A DNA stretch of 60,353 bases, filler included, from Squatina squatina (lineage: Eukaryota): NCBI GenBank assembly GCA_031763465.1. It is 4 parts of 4 records of this genome, joined end to end, with 100 filler letters (N's around TTAATTAATTAA, not from the genome) between each part and the next. Parts side by side here need not be neighbours in the genome. Positions count along the whole stretch, not along the records: positions 12,458 to 25,647 come from JARFOE010000192.1; positions 25,748 to 38,951 come from JARFOE010000100.1; 2 more parts are not named here. One strand, 5' to 3'. Both the position numbers and the translations under genes were made by a program. Of this stretch, positions 13,471-25,971 are shown piece after piece (the first letter of the stretch is position 1; each line of letters starts with the position of its first letter). The notes under the pieces were generated by a model. It was not told the DNA's origin, did not search any database, and saw only the letters and a program-made list of their open reading frames with translations.

Positions 13471-13610
13471 CTGGGAAAAAAGGGAAACCATTAGATAACT
13501 GCAAATGTTANNNNNNNNNNNNNNNNNNNNNNNNNNNNNNNNNNNNNNNNNNNNNNNNNNNNNNNNNNNNNNNNNNNNNNNNNNNNNNNNNNNNNNNNNN
13601 NNNNNNNNNN

Positions 13611-15440
13611 AGGAGCGCTAGCAGAGTCAAAGGCAGACAGAAGAGGCACCAAGGGCGTGCACAAGGGTGATTCGTTTATTTTTGTATGCATCACATCATG
13701 GTTTAATTATAAATTTGGATCGGAATGTGTATTTTGTATTGGCTTTTATTTTTGCATTGTGGGAAAGAGGACGATGTGATGGTCAGTGACAGAGGAATGG
13801 TAAGGAGTGTGGAACTGTAGGTGAATGGGGAGTTGTGGTTGAGGTTACTGATATCACTCATGAATTATGTGATCATGTAGAGCCTGGGCAGAAAGGGGCT
13901 GTCTACGTAACAGCCTTCCTTCCTGTTCCTCTCTCAGCATCCTTCCTGTTCCTCTCTCAGCATCCTTGTGCTCCTGATCCTCAGCTTCTCGCCTCATAGA
14001 TGGTGGCAAGGGCTGCTCTCTCATACTGCAAGGTTGTGTAGCATGTAGCAGACCACCACAAATCTTCAGACCTGCTCAGCTGAGTACTGCAGGGCTCCTC
14101 CAGAGTGGCCCAAGCAGCAGAAGCATTGATTGAGGATGCCAATGGTATGCTCTATTATATTTCTTGTGGCAGTATGACTCCCATTGAATGCCAGCTGTGC
14201 ATATGTGCATGGGTTCCAGACAGACTGGAGTCATGAGCCATGTCATAAGTGGATAAACTTTGTTGCCAAATAGCCACCCTTTGATTTGTCATGGTGGGTC
14301 AAATACAGCTGGCACAGAAGACTGTCACAGAATGAATGAATTGTGACTACTGCCAGGATACTAGGCATTGATTGGCATGATGTACTGCCTGTGGTTGCAC
14401 ACCAGCTGCATACTGAGGGAATGAAATCCCTTTCAGTTCAGGAAAATGGCAGAGTTTATGAGACACACACAAAGCAATGTGCATGCACTCGATGGCACCC
14501 TGCATCATGAGGATGCCTACAGTCCGAGCAAACCCTTGTGCTCGCTCCGCCTGCTTGTCTCTGACAAAAGGGACTGAGATGAAGTTGCCTCTCTCTACAG
14601 AGAGCCTCAGAGACCCCCCATAAGCAGCAATGTCCTACAAACTGTGAGATATTGCTTATGTCTCCAGGAGCAGCCTAGATACATAAAAGTTCAGAGCCAT
14701 GGTCACCTTGACGGCCACAGGCAATGCGGTCCTTGTCCTGCTCTGAGGTTGGAGTTGTGACTGCATCAGCCGGCAGAGTTCACTCACAACTTCTTTGGTA
14801 AAGCATAGACATTTAAAGCATTGATCGTCGCTGAAGTTCAGGTAAGAGAATTGCTCCCTAAGGACCCTCAGAGGGCAGTTTTCCACCTCCTCCCTCTTCT
14901 AGTAGCTTGTCCTGCTCTGCGTGGCCTCTCTTCATTCTCCCAGTCATGCTCAATTCCAAGAGGAAGGCCTAATAGGCCACCCATGTTGGGAAGCAACTGG
15001 TTTGTGTGCAAGCATTTAACCTATCAAAAAAGTACTTCAGCACCAGCCAGAACACTTCCGGTAGACTACTGAAACTTTCAACAAGTATGTAAAAGCTGCC
15101 AAAACACATAGAATTGCAGTAACAGCCAAAAGAAATAATCCAGCAACTAACCTGTAAGTAGTTTATGATCCCTTTAAATAGCTTTGGGGGTCCTTCATGC
15201 CATTTAACATTGTGTTCAGCTATGCAATGTTAAGAAAGGGAGTAGGCTGGAGCATGGAGCTCGAAAATAGCAGGTCTGGCATCAAAACATGCGATGCACA
15301 CTGATTAATGTCATAATCTGCCTGCACTGCATCCTGCCTGCGGTTGTTATGTGCACACGCGCAAAACCCTTTACAAATATGGTGTCCAGCACACTTCACA
15401 TTGGAATCATGGTCACCATTTTCAAATTTTGGAGGCCTCA
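13611..15440 (-). mobile_element. PIF/Harbinger DNA transposon with decayed HARBI1-like transposase (about 13850-14984)
   Basis: Minus-strand motifs ALPVAVKVTMALNFY, GAIECMH, YPGSSHNSFIL, WLFGNKVYP, RNIIEHTIG and CYMLHNL. In-frame stops are present and conserved Asp positions are substituted. Confidence 0.9.
13918..13963. repeat. Perfect 23-bp tandem duplication
   Basis: CCTTCCTGTTCCTCTCTCAGCAT occurs twice in a row. Confidence 0.9.
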
Positions 15441-16004
15441 TAGTGCCCAAAAAAACAGGTACCGCAGAGCCCAGTTGTTCCATCAGCACTGACTCTGTTC
15501 ACCTGATGCCTCTAGCCATTTTAAATATCGAATGGTGTTGATTTTCAATGAAGACAAGTTCAGCCTTACACTTTAGAATCTAAGGTCCTGCAATTATCCT
15601 TGTTCATTTCTGATACTTGTCCAACTGCATCAAAGTCCTGTTGAAGATATGAAGGTTTTTTTCCACTTAAGTTACGCCAGTTTTGCAGCATAACATGGAC
15701 AAGTGGGGGCAGAAAGTTGGTCAGAAGCCTGTCCCACTGGGTCTCTGCCCATTTCTGCCTCAACAACAACCCCTTTACATCATTTCTGCTGGACGCCGAA
15801 AACACTTGACCAAAATCCACCCGAAGCAGTACATTGAATCATAGTACAATTTACACACTCCCATACCAGCACTTTGGACCAGATCTAACAGAGGTCAGAC
15901 AGTTCTGCCCTGTCTGGAGGAGAATGGTTCTGTTAAGTTGCTGCAGGTGCCAAAATCTCACCAGGAGCCCACCAAAATTAAATTGTGAGAGCTAACTAAT
16001 CCCA

Positions 16005-16199
16005 CAACCAATGGATCAGATCAAAGCTCTGCAGTCCTGCCACATCTGGACACCACCATGTGAATGGTGGTGGACAATTAAACAACTAATGGTAGGAGGA
16101 AGCTCCATGAACATTCCCTTCCTCAATGATAGCAGAGCCCCGCACTATCATTGTGAGTGCAAAAGACAACCATCTTCAGCCAGAAGAGAGTGAATGTAC
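16005..16199 (+). mobile_element. Non-LTR retrotransposon ORF2 fragment (clade unresolved)
   Basis: EWWWTIKQLMVGGSSMNIPFLND resembles the endonuclease-RT linker of a common shark LINE family. Probably related to 40580-40722 and 58140-58350. Confidence 0.65.
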
Positions 16200-16299
16200 N
16201 NNNNNNNNNNNNNNNNNNNNNNNNNNNNNNNNNNNNNNNNNNNNNNNNNNNNNNNNNNNNNNNNNNNNNNNNNNNNNNNNNNNNNNNNNNNNNNNNNNN

Positions 16300-16843
16300 C
16301 TGCCTGCTTGTCCCTGGCAAGAGGGAATGAGATGCCGGTGTTTCTCTTTGATGAGAGAGCCTCAGTGACTTCCCTTATACAGCAGTGTACTGCAAACTGT
16401 GAGATGTTACTTATATCTTCAGCAGCAGCCTGAAAGGAGCCCAATGCATTAAAGTTACGAGCTATGGACATCTTGATAGCCACAGGCAATGCTGACTTTG
16501 CTCTGCTTTGAGGTAACAGTGTGGTTGCATCAGTTGGCAGATTTCACTCACAAACCCTTTTGTGAAGCGATGACATCTCATGCATTGGTCATCGCTGAAG
16601 TTGAGGTAAGAGAATTGCTCCCCGAAGACACATTGTCCTCTTGCTGAGAAATGATCTCCCCCTCCTCCCTCTTCTAGCAGCTTGTCCTGCTCTGCGAGGC
16701 CTCTCTTCATTCTTCCAGTCATGCTCAATTCCCAGAGGAGGCCCTACCAGGCCACCCATGTCTGGATGCAACTTCTTTCAGTATACTATCTTATATGTCA
16801 AAAAAAGTAATACAAGACCAGCCAGACCACTCTTTGTAGAGTG
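16300..16843 (-). mobile_element. Second Harbinger transposase 5' fragment
   Basis: Directly similar to 14545-15070 (for example CTCTTCTAGCAGCTTGTCCTGCTCTGCG). Encodes GSFQAAAEDISNISQFAVHCCIREVTEAL. Confidence 0.9.
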
Positions 16844-16850
16844 AAGTGTC

Positions 16851-16940
16851 AACTGTGGCTCAGTGGGTAGCACACTTGCCTCGGAGGCAGGAGGTTGTGG
16901 GTTCAAGTCCCACTCCAGGGACTTGAGCTTATAAATCTAG
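16851..16940 (+). mobile_element. tRNA-derived SINE head (SacSINE1/DeuSINE-like)
   Basis: A box TGGCTCAGTGG and B box GGTTCAAGTCC, followed by SINE body sequence. Confidence 0.8.
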
Positions 16941-17040
16941 NNNNNNNNNNNNNNNNNNNNNNNNNNNNNNNNNNNNNNNNNNNNNNNNNNNNNNNNNNNN
17001 NNNNNNNNNNNNNNNNNNNNNNNNNNNNNNNNNNNNNNNN

Positions 17041-17575
17041 AGATTCTGTCTTTGACTCCTCCATGGCAGTGACATTCTCCTTAACCAATACTGCCACACC
17101 ACCACCTATCTTTCCTTCCCTGTCTTTCCTGAACACCCTACATCCAGGAATATTTAATACCCAATCCTGCCCTTTTTTAAGCCAGGTCTCCAGTATTGCC
17201 ACATCATCATATTCCCATGTGGCGATTTGCGCCGACAGCTCACCAACCTTGTTTACAGTGCTTTGTGCGTTCACATACACACACTGTAAACCCATCTTAG
17301 ACCATCTTGTGTTCTCTTAGTCTGACCCCACCTAATACCTTACTGTTTCTTGCTTTAGTGCTATCTGTCTCTCCCAATCTTTTGTGCTCTTTCTAAATGC
17401 TACATCCTGGTGCCCATCTGCCTGCCAGCTTGGTTTAAACCCTCCCCTGCACTAGCAAACCTCCCTGCGAGGATATTGGTACTGGCTCTGTTGAGGTGTA
17501 AACCGTTCACCCTGTACCTGTCCCAGTGGCCCCAATGCCCCAGGAATCTGAAGCCCTCCCACCTGCATCATCTCC
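17041..17575 (-). mobile_element. CR1-type LINE: end of ORF1 (SGNH esterase-like) and start of ORF2 (AP endonuclease)
   Basis: ORF1 end EGFRFLGHW...NGLHLNRASTNILAGRF, then ORF2 start CVYVNAQSTVNKVGEL...DVAILETWL...RKDR...GGGVAVLVK. Confidence 0.9.
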
Positions 17576-17675
17576 NNNNNNNNNNNNNNNNNNNNNNNNN
17601 NNNNNNNNNNNNNNNNNNNNNNNNNNNNNNNNNNNNNNNNNNNNNNNNNNNNNNNNNNNNNNNNNNNNNNNNNNN

Positions 17676-17760
17676 TGACTCTTCCCAATCCTATTATCAT
17701 CATCTTCTAAGTGCCCTGCTATCACATCCTTTATAAATCGATTCTAGCATTTTCCCAAGC
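17676..17760 (-). mobile_element. CR1-type LINE RT fragment
   Basis: Similar to 59730-59810 (TGACTC...CCTATTA...GATTCTAGCATTTT). Confidence 0.65.
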
Positions 17761-19089
17761 ACCCAAGCCGTGTCACATTAACAATCTGGGATTGCCTAGG
17801 TCATCCTGTTCCCTTTGTAATGTTAAGGTCGAATGTCAGGTTAAACTGATCAAGATTACTAAACCATCAAGATAGCTATTATGTCAAAGTCTGGAGGTTT
17901 GGCAGAAAAGAACCGCACTTCAGTAACATACATTCTTGGCATCCTGTGAGATGACCAACATTAAAAGGGGAGGGTACTTTAAGGATGCTGGAAGGTTTTT
18001 AACCATGTGACAGATGACAAAAGTGGGATACAGGTAGCAGTCTTCCTGTAGAGAAAGCTCACAGGATGGTTGAAGTCCAACAGCTACAGAGGCCAAGCTT
18101 AAATCGAGTTTGGTCTGCAGGAAACCAGGTTATCGGAGTCTATTGTATAACCACAATAGTTATTATACTATTTGTGTAATAAACTTGCATTTGGACAAGA
18201 CGCTCGAGCCTGAACCATGAGGAATCATTTAACTGAGTTCAGAGATTTCCCCAGCCCCAGATCTAGAAGTAAGAACTGCAGAAGCGATGTCCAGCCCTCC
18301 CTACCTCTAGTGATTCGGCCAGCCAACTGTATTTACTCAAGTGCAGCATCAACACAAAACATTAGATCGAAACTAACCAATTATGCGGATAGGCGGCCCA
18401 ATGTTTGTCACTGTCGACCAATATCCAGTGGGCTCTCCCGCAACATCCAACATCAATCCCAGTTCAGTTAACTATGGGAAACCAAAACTTAGTCAACAAG
18501 CTGGTGTATTTCACAGAATAGAAAGAAATTCAAACCTACATTGGCTCCTGGTTAAATAACGCCTTGATTTTAAAATTCTCATCCTNNNNNNNNNNNNNNN
18601 NNNNNNNNNNNNNNNNNNNNNNNNNNNNNNNNNNNNNNNNNNNNNNNNNNNNNNNNNNNNNNNNNNNNNNNNNNNNNNNNNNNNNATGTGCCTAAGAATA
18701 TGTGGCATTGACATCTGGTTGGTAAGTATATACTTTTACTGCTGCATAACTGTTTGAAGTGCTTTAGCCCCCATTATACTGATTTTCATTAGTATTCACT
18801 ATGCAAGCATTGTAAGGTGTGTTAAATATTAAAGTAAATCAATGAAAGCTGTGAATACTGGCAGCAGTATTAGGAATCATTTTATCTCAATCTCAAATAT
18901 TAACAGGTAGGTTAAAATGAACCCCACAGATATCTAGCAGTTGATTAAGTAAGTCACTTAATGCCAGTGCTGGGAATGCAGCTTTTACATCTCAAAGATC
19001 AAACGACCCTACTGATGTGATAATAGTAACATCACACAGCTGGCTATTAGAACTTTAAATATGATTAACTTTCAGGAGTTAAAGATTAT

Positions 19090-19752
19090 GGTCCTGTATT
19101 CATGGCCCTTACGGGCAACTTCCGGGATTAGGGATACGAAGCGTATGCGGCTAAACCTGGAACTTGCAATCTGTCAAGAATCCTCTTGACCAGACACATT
19201 CCAGAACTAAAGGGCCTTCGCGGATGGAGAGTTGGGCAACTTTGCCCAACTTCTGCCCAGCGAATGCCCTTCAAATTCTTACAACTGAAAAAGCTTTTAT
19301 CAGCGTATGACTTTTAAATGACAGAAAAATAAATGTTTTCAATAACTTAAACATTTAAAAACACTGTTAAATAAGATAAGTTTATTTTTAGACACTTTAA
19401 AATATTTAAATTATTTTTCAAAAATTTAAATTTTTGTTTTAAAAAAGTAATTAAATTCCATTTTGATTCATATTAAATATGTGATTTAAAAAAATATATA
19501 TTTTAAGTATTATTGTGTTTTGGGGAGTATTCCCATTCATATTTATGGTGATTCCATATATCACCACGTGATCCCAGCAATGCATACGCAGCGCCGGCAG
19601 TCCTGGGATATGTGGGCCAGTACCCGCGGGTATCCATAGAGACCCAGGACCAGAAGTCTCCGAACCTCCCAGGACCCAAGGTGATTTCGTTAAAAATTTT
19701 CAGGTCGGAGGCAAAGCCCGCGGAAGCCTCCGACCGCAATTTTCGGGCCAAT
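19090..19752. mobile_element. Putative non-autonomous DNA transposon (MITE-like)
   Basis: CpG-rich ends flank an AT-rich core. The right end CGCAATTTTCGGGCCAATAA resembles the GCAAATTATGGCCCAAATAA end near 27590. Confidence 0.5.
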
Positions 19753-19921
19753 AAGTTCCAGCAATTGATCTTCTACTACCTTTACACACTTATGTGATAT
19801 TCTGAATGGGATTATCTGCACNNNNNNNNNNNNNNNNNNNNNNNNNNNNNNNNNNNNNNNNNNNNNNNNNNNNNNNNNNNNNNNNNNNNNNNNNNNNNNN
19901 NNNNNNNNNNNNNNNNNNNNN

Positions 19922-20430
19922 ACGACCCCCAGAAGTGGGCAGGAAGAGGATATGGAGTGGTTGCTGACAGGTGAAGATCGGATGGTCCTTGGCTGCCCAC
20001 TGTCTTGTGGGTAAGTGGCAGGGAGGGGGTTTCAGGAGCGTCTCACGGGATGGAAGTGGGATCTGTGAAGGGCAGACCACGACTTTCATGGTGGGACCTC
20101 GAGGAGGACAACTGCTCCTCCTGGCCCCACAAAGGAAACTTTTTGACCTACCTGGAGTGCCTCTTTATCCTTCCCACGAGTTGCTGACCTGCTTCGGCCT
20201 CGACAGCGTCTCCACTCAGGCCCCAGTTAAAGTGCCAGTGGGTCCTATTGACCTAATTGGATCCCTATTTGCATAAATTCATGAGGCTCCCTCAGCAAGC
20301 ACCTCATCTGCCTGCAGTACCCTCCAGGTTAATAGCAGAAGCAGTTGAGTTACAAGCGATGAAGTAACCTGCTCATGTTCAGCTGCCTGCCCACCTAGTT
20401 CCCACTGGGCGGGTAGGGTTCAAATGAATC
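19922..20430. mobile_element. Putative non-autonomous DNA transposon fragment
   Basis: GC-rich non-coding block in an AT-rich background, similar in style to the other MITE-like blocks. Confidence 0.4.
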
Positions 20431-20944
20431 TCGGGTTATCTTTCTATTTCTTTTTCTTTCTCAGGTTCTTTTGTCTTTCCCTATTTTGTTTGCACTAGCA
20501 TAGAGGGCTGACTCATCATACACGGCTGGGCTGTGAGGCCCATCAACACAGGATGGCTTTAATAGAAGCTTCTTCCCAAGTATTTTTGTCAATAAATTGC
20601 CCATTGCCCCATTGCTGGTGTGATATGTTGTATTCATCAGAATTATACCAAGAGTTCCTGACCTCAACGTTTCCAGCACAGTGGCACAAAGAAGTTCCTG
20701 TGTGGTGCAATTAACCACGATTATTCATTGCACAGCGCAAGTTATTAGTCAGTGTGCAGCAAAATTAAACATATTTGAGTCACTGCCTGTAGGGGTTGAA
20801 TACACAATCAGGAGGTCAGATTATGGAGTCACCACAGTGAATCATACCTGAATGTTCCCACCTGAAGACACCTTCCAAGATACTTTTCAAAGTCATTGTG
20901 ATGTAAAAGGAAATTGGGTGTATCATCGATGAAAGCAGATTATT

Positions 20945-21193
20945 ATATAGAATTCCACAGACTGGATAGGACAGAAACAGGCCATTCTACCCAACTGGTC
21001 CATGTTGGCATTTACCCTCCATGGGAGCAAATAGTTCTAATTATATTTACCTACCCTCTTCCCAAATCCCTTCATTCATCTATCCAATCTAATTTTGAAT
21101 GTTGACAATAGATTCTGCCTCAAACATTAACCCTAGAAGGGAATCCCACAGCCTCGCAACTCTCTGTGTAAAGAGGTTTCGCCTGCCCTCTGT
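20945..21193 (-). mobile_element. CR1-type LINE 3' end
   Basis: Encodes RRNLFTQRVARLWDSL, followed by the GAATGGCCTGTTTCTGT tail motif. Confidence 0.8.
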
Positions 21194-21293
21194 NNNNNNN
21201 NNNNNNNNNNNNNNNNNNNNNNNNNNNNNNNNNNNNNNNNNNNNNNNNNNNNNNNNNNNNNNNNNNNNNNNNNNNNNNNNNNNNNNNNNNNNN

Positions 21294-21858
21294 TCAGTGC
21301 TCCTATGCGCTGACATCAGGAGCACTGCCAGGCCTTCCTTAAAGGGGAGGGCTGCTGGCCATCCTGACGACGGCCGCCACTGGGCCACCAGGGACACCAG
21401 CCTGGCACACCAGTCAGCGTGCCAGGCAAGTGGACGGTGGCCCGATCTGGCTGCGGGCCGCTATCATTCAGCCGACAACAGAGTCGGTCGACAAATAAAA
21501 ATGGCGGCTGCAGGTGCACAGGACCTCCCCTTTGAGGGTCGATGCAGCGACAGGTTTCCCTGTCGCTGCAACTGTCTGGCTCTGCGGCTGCGTCCCACAG
21601 ATGAATTCCGCCCGCGGAAAGCAAACGGTCCGCAAAGGGGGCTGTGGCTGCGCGGTGTAGATCGGTGCACATCTTTAGGACGTCACGCGTCGACCCGCCC
21701 TGGAATTCAGCTGGCCAGACGCAACGGCCTTTGCGCCCCAGCTGAATTCCCTGGGAAGCACGATGGCCACCTCCCGGTGCCATTTTTTCCTGTTACGCCC
21801 CATTAGCACCCCTCAGAGGTGCTAATGGGGCGCAACAGGAGATGAATTTCTAACCCCT
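21294..21858. mobile_element. GC/CpG-rich non-autonomous DNA transposon, one end (Harbinger MITE-like)
   Basis: Ends in GATGAATTTCTAACCCC|TAG. Has the subterminal palindrome CGCCCCATTAGCACC-ctcaga-GGTGCTAATGGGGCG. Confidence 0.6.
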
Positions 21859-21959
21859 AGTGTCTAGTAGTGAGCCTGACATTGTATTGGGCCTCTATCT
21901 GGCAACAGTAATCACAACATTATACAGTTTCAATTGGCCTGCAGAACTAAAGCTACTGA

Positions 21960-22500
21960 GAATCTACAACTTGTACCAGATTTCAGAACGTTGCTAAAAT
22001 GGCAGATAATTTGGAACGGTTTAATTGGTTAACCCTACCGGGTGGTGATCAGCCTGATGTAGAATACAAATGGAAAGTTCTTAAGAACAAGATAAAAAAA
22101 ATGTCGTAGCCAACTATGTACCCAAAGTCAAAAGAAAGGAATGCGGTAAGAAAAAACTAAAGTGGCTGACTGGTCATGTACAAAGACAAAATGTAAACAA
22201 AAATGCTTCTGTAAATTAAAGGCATCTATTCCTCAACGAAACAGAGTTGGTTATAAGGAACAATTAAAGAAAACAAAGGCTGCTTTTAGATCAGGTAAAA
22301 GGGTAATGGAAAGGAGAATTGTCGACAACTGTGGAATTCATGGGAAAAGCTTTTTCAGTTATGTGTCGAGTCTGAGAGCTAACTGTATTGGGCCACTGAA
22401 GGTTGTTCAAGGACAGGTTACAAAGGGCTCACTGGGTATGGCAGAAATATTAAATGAGTACTTTGCATCAGTCTTCACCCTTGAAGATGATGCTTGAATA
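21960..22500 (+). mobile_element. CR1/L2-group LINE ORF2 fragment (pre-RT region)
   Basis: KSFFSYV...IGPLK...MAEILNEYFASVFTLED. Confidence 0.85.
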
Positions 22501-22620
22501 TTAGAATTTAATAATTCTAGNNNNNNNNNNNNNNNNNNNNNNNNNNNNNNNNNNNNNNNNNNNNNNNNNNNNNNNNNNNNNNNNNNNNNNNNNNNNNNNN
22601 NNNNNNNNNNNNNNNNNNNN

Positions 22621-22900
22621 AGGTCCCGCCTACTCTCAGACGGACATAAAAGGTCCCACAGCACTATTTTGAAGAAGAGCAGGTGAGTTTTCCCTGGTGT
22701 CCTTGCCAAATACCTTATCCCCTCAACCAACATCACTAAAACAGGTTATCTAGTCATCATCACATTGCTGTTTGTGGAACATTACACCATTTCCTACATT
22801 ACAACAGTGACTACACTTCAAATAGTCCTGGATTGGCTGTAAAGTGCTTTGGGAAGTCCTCAGATCATGAAAGGTGCTATATATAAATGCAAGACTTTCT
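22621..22900 (+). mobile_element. DeuSINE (SacSINE1-like) Deu domain and 3' tail
   Basis: GCACTATTTTGAAGAAGAGCAGG...CCCTCAACCAACATCACTAAAACAG...ACAACAGTGACTACACTTCAAA...TATAAATGCAAG. Similar copies lie at 26580, 39384 and 51200. Confidence 0.8.
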
Positions 22901-24336
22901 TATTTTCTTTATTGTCAGCTTCTTGTATATGTCTGGCTTCTCCATGAGATCAAAAATTTACAAGTTTGACAAAGTGTACACCTGAAATGTGATTGATGCA
23001 TCTCAAAAGTTTTATGGGTAGACAGATAGATAAACCACATATTTTAATAAGTGTAGTGGGCAATCTTGGTGTTCAGTTTTGGCAGTTGGTTTTGAATCGA
23101 ATCTTGATTGATGGGATCGAATGTTCCTCTCTCCAAGTTGTGAGAGATCTGTGCGAAGAGTGTTTGGGGCAGTTCCAACCTTATTTCCAATAGGCATGAA
23201 TCCACAGCATACATTTGTTCATAATTCCACATTTATTACCACTGAATAAAATTTTAATTAAAAAAGCCAGAAGGATGGCTTATTTGGATAAAGGAAATGT
23301 CACATTGACATAGAAAGGATAAGGTGCAATTTTCGAGAGCTAGTTTTATTTTACCCGTTTTGGGGATTGTTAATGTTGACATTAGAAGCAAAGATAAAAC
23401 AAATTGCAATTCCCTCACTTGGATGAGCAGAAAATTCAACATTTAAATTTTTGCATGAATAGCTGCTGGGATAAAATAATGCTTTTGTACAATTGTGTCA
23501 AGGTAGCACAAAAATGTACAAACAATAACAGTGCAGATAACAAAGAAAAGAATATAAAACAGAATACACCAATTAAATCAAATGGAAAGGTGTATATTCT
23601 TGAAAATGAAATTATGGATAAGTTTTATGCCTGGTATTCATTAAGAGTTTGAACAAAATTACATACTTCAAATACCTGCAACTTCTCACAGAAAATATAA
23701 TTGGTGAGCTGGAATAGAAAGCTAATTATATTATACAGATCAGAAGCTCAAACAGCTGTGCATCATAACCTCTCTGTGTCATCAGTGGGATAATAAAATA
23801 AAACTGAAATGCATGTCATGTAGAAAGTGTGAGAATCACTTAATAACATGGTAGTGATTCTCTCAGACAGCAATTAATTTTCAAACAGAAAAGTTCGAGG
23901 ATGATCATAAACCCTTGGTAATGAAGTTGGAGCTTTCCTTCAGTCATTTATTATTTTTAGACTCACGGATGATGTAGAGAATTGACAGTTGGTAGAGATT
24001 GGGTGTGGAAAATCTGCCAAGTTATTTTGGGAAGATCAATTCAACGATTGAGGTGAATTGTGTGTTTCCTGATGTAAAGAATTGCATTACTTTCCTGTCG
24101 CCTTAATTCCCAAGTTTGGCCATTTTATTACACCTTGTTTAAATGGTGCAAGAAAATTAACAAGTTGTTCCAATGTGGCCACTGGATATGATCTCAAGTT
24201 ACTTGATATCATCAGCATTATTTTTGGGTTAAAAGTAAGTAATAAAAAAATTGACCATGTATGAGTTTATAGGTGTGGTTTAAGTAGTGTGAAGCTTCGT
24301 TGCACAGGTTTTGTCCACTACTAATGGAAAATCATA

Positions 24337-25040
24337 GGGGCCTAATTGGTCTGCTTTAAACCTGTGGTAGCGCTGAACAGTGGCACTACCCAGGTGCTAA
24401 AGCAGAGCTAAGCCAAATTTTAGTGGTTAGTGCAATTGGGCATGGCGCCCCAGCGGTGCTAAGGCCTCTTCACTGGGGATGCCATTGGCGTTGGGGTAAG
24501 GCACGCAACATCATCAAGTTGCACGCCAACCTCACAACGCTGGCCCATGACTCCCTTCTGAGTCACCGGCGATTCGTGTCTGGAATTGGAGCACGACTCG
24601 CCGGTGAGGCCCACGTCGTCCTGTCGTTGCCAACGCTGCTTAAAGGCGCGATGATAGTGCCGTGCCGCTGGCCACCATGTTTTTTTCATTGGCCGACTTC
24701 AGCGTTGGCCGTTGTGTGGCGTCCAATCGGCCGCCATCTCCACTGCCCCCACTTGCTGGCACGCTCTTTGTCGTGCCGATATTTTGTAGGCCCCGGACCC
24801 GGCTCCCTGGTGGCCCAGCGGCATTACCCAGCCGCCGTGGCCTCAGCCTACAGCCCTCCCCTTTAAGGCAGGGAGCGGGGCTGCGACAGACACAAGTCTG
24901 CATTGCCGGTGAATTGGCTGGGCCAGCGCCATGACAACGCTTCATTAGCGCTGCCACGTTGCGCTGACCCGAAATTGAGCCTAAGAGCCCAATTCCAGGT
25001 CAGTATACTTCGCTGCTGGCCCGGCGCTCCCAGAGCGAGT
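24337..25040. mobile_element. GC-rich non-autonomous DNA transposon (Harbinger MITE-like)
   Basis: Starts TA|GGGGCCTAATTGG. CpG-rich with TTAAAGG motifs, as in 21294-21858. No recognisable coding content. Confidence 0.55.
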
Positions 25041-25691
25041 NNNNNNNNNNNNNNNNNNNNNNNNNNNNNNNNNNNNNNNNNNNNNNNNNNNNNNNNNNNN
25101 NNNNNNNNNNNNNNNNNNNNNNNNNNNNNNNNNNNNNNNNCATTGCTCTTGAGAGTCTCTGCATGGGTGCGTCTCAGACACTCCAGGATTTGTTTTCCTC
25201 CGGCACTGCAGCCTTTCCAGAGTGAAGAATGAGTGTACTACTTTTCTGGGTGCCCATTGTACCAGGCTTAAGGCAATACAGCATAGGGCAGTCTCTTTAG
25301 ATTTGCAAGTTTGCAAACCATGTCAAGTGAAAAATGTCTAGCTGCAGAATGTTACGGTTTACCTGTTTCTTCATGTAGCAGTTTAATCTGCCTTTGATTC
25401 AGAGAAATATTTTATTTAAGATTTGAATGAGATGGTCCCTAGTCCAACACTTTTTTTTATTAGAATTGCATTTTATTATGACACATTTATGATTAGATCG
25501 ATTACATGTCCTTAAAATAGGGGAATCCTCTAAATATGGGCATTTATTTCCATGCCCTTGGATGGCAACTGCTCTCGTTCAGAATGAGTATTGTATATTT
25601 AAAATACTGAACAATAATTGGGATGAATAAATCAAGAGAGTGCTAAANNNNNNNNNNNNNNNNNNNNNNNNNNNNNNNNNNNNNNNNNNNN

Positions 25692-25703
25692 TTAATTAAT
25701 TAA
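25692..25703. other. Artificial scaffold linker TTAATTAATTAA
   Basis: Same N44-linker-N44 structure as at 12402. Confidence 0.95.
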
Positions 25704-25971
25704 NNNNNNNNNNNNNNNNNNNNNNNNNNNNNNNNNNNNNNNNNNNNTATTTTTAATTTTCAGAGTACTTATGTCAATGGACTGAATTTCCAGTACGTGC
25801 TGGCAGAAAGAAAGCTTCCTCACTGACTGTGTTTAGGCTTTTATTTCAAAAGTGTTTCATTTGACAATAATTAAACTATTTAGCTTACATTGCAAAATTT
25901 AACTAAATGACAATTTGTAATTTTTGTGATTCTAATTTTTCTGACTCTGTCCAATATCTCCTTTTTGGTAG

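Noticed and set aside
16851-16925. tRNA-like sequence
   Set aside because: It continues into SINE body sequence and has a diverged second copy at 1441-1592. It is a SINE head, not a tRNA gene.
21099-21806. Long GC-rich ORFs here and at 24423-24957
   Set aside because: They lie within GC-rich MITE-like repeats or span N gaps, overlap in several frames and show no domain motif.
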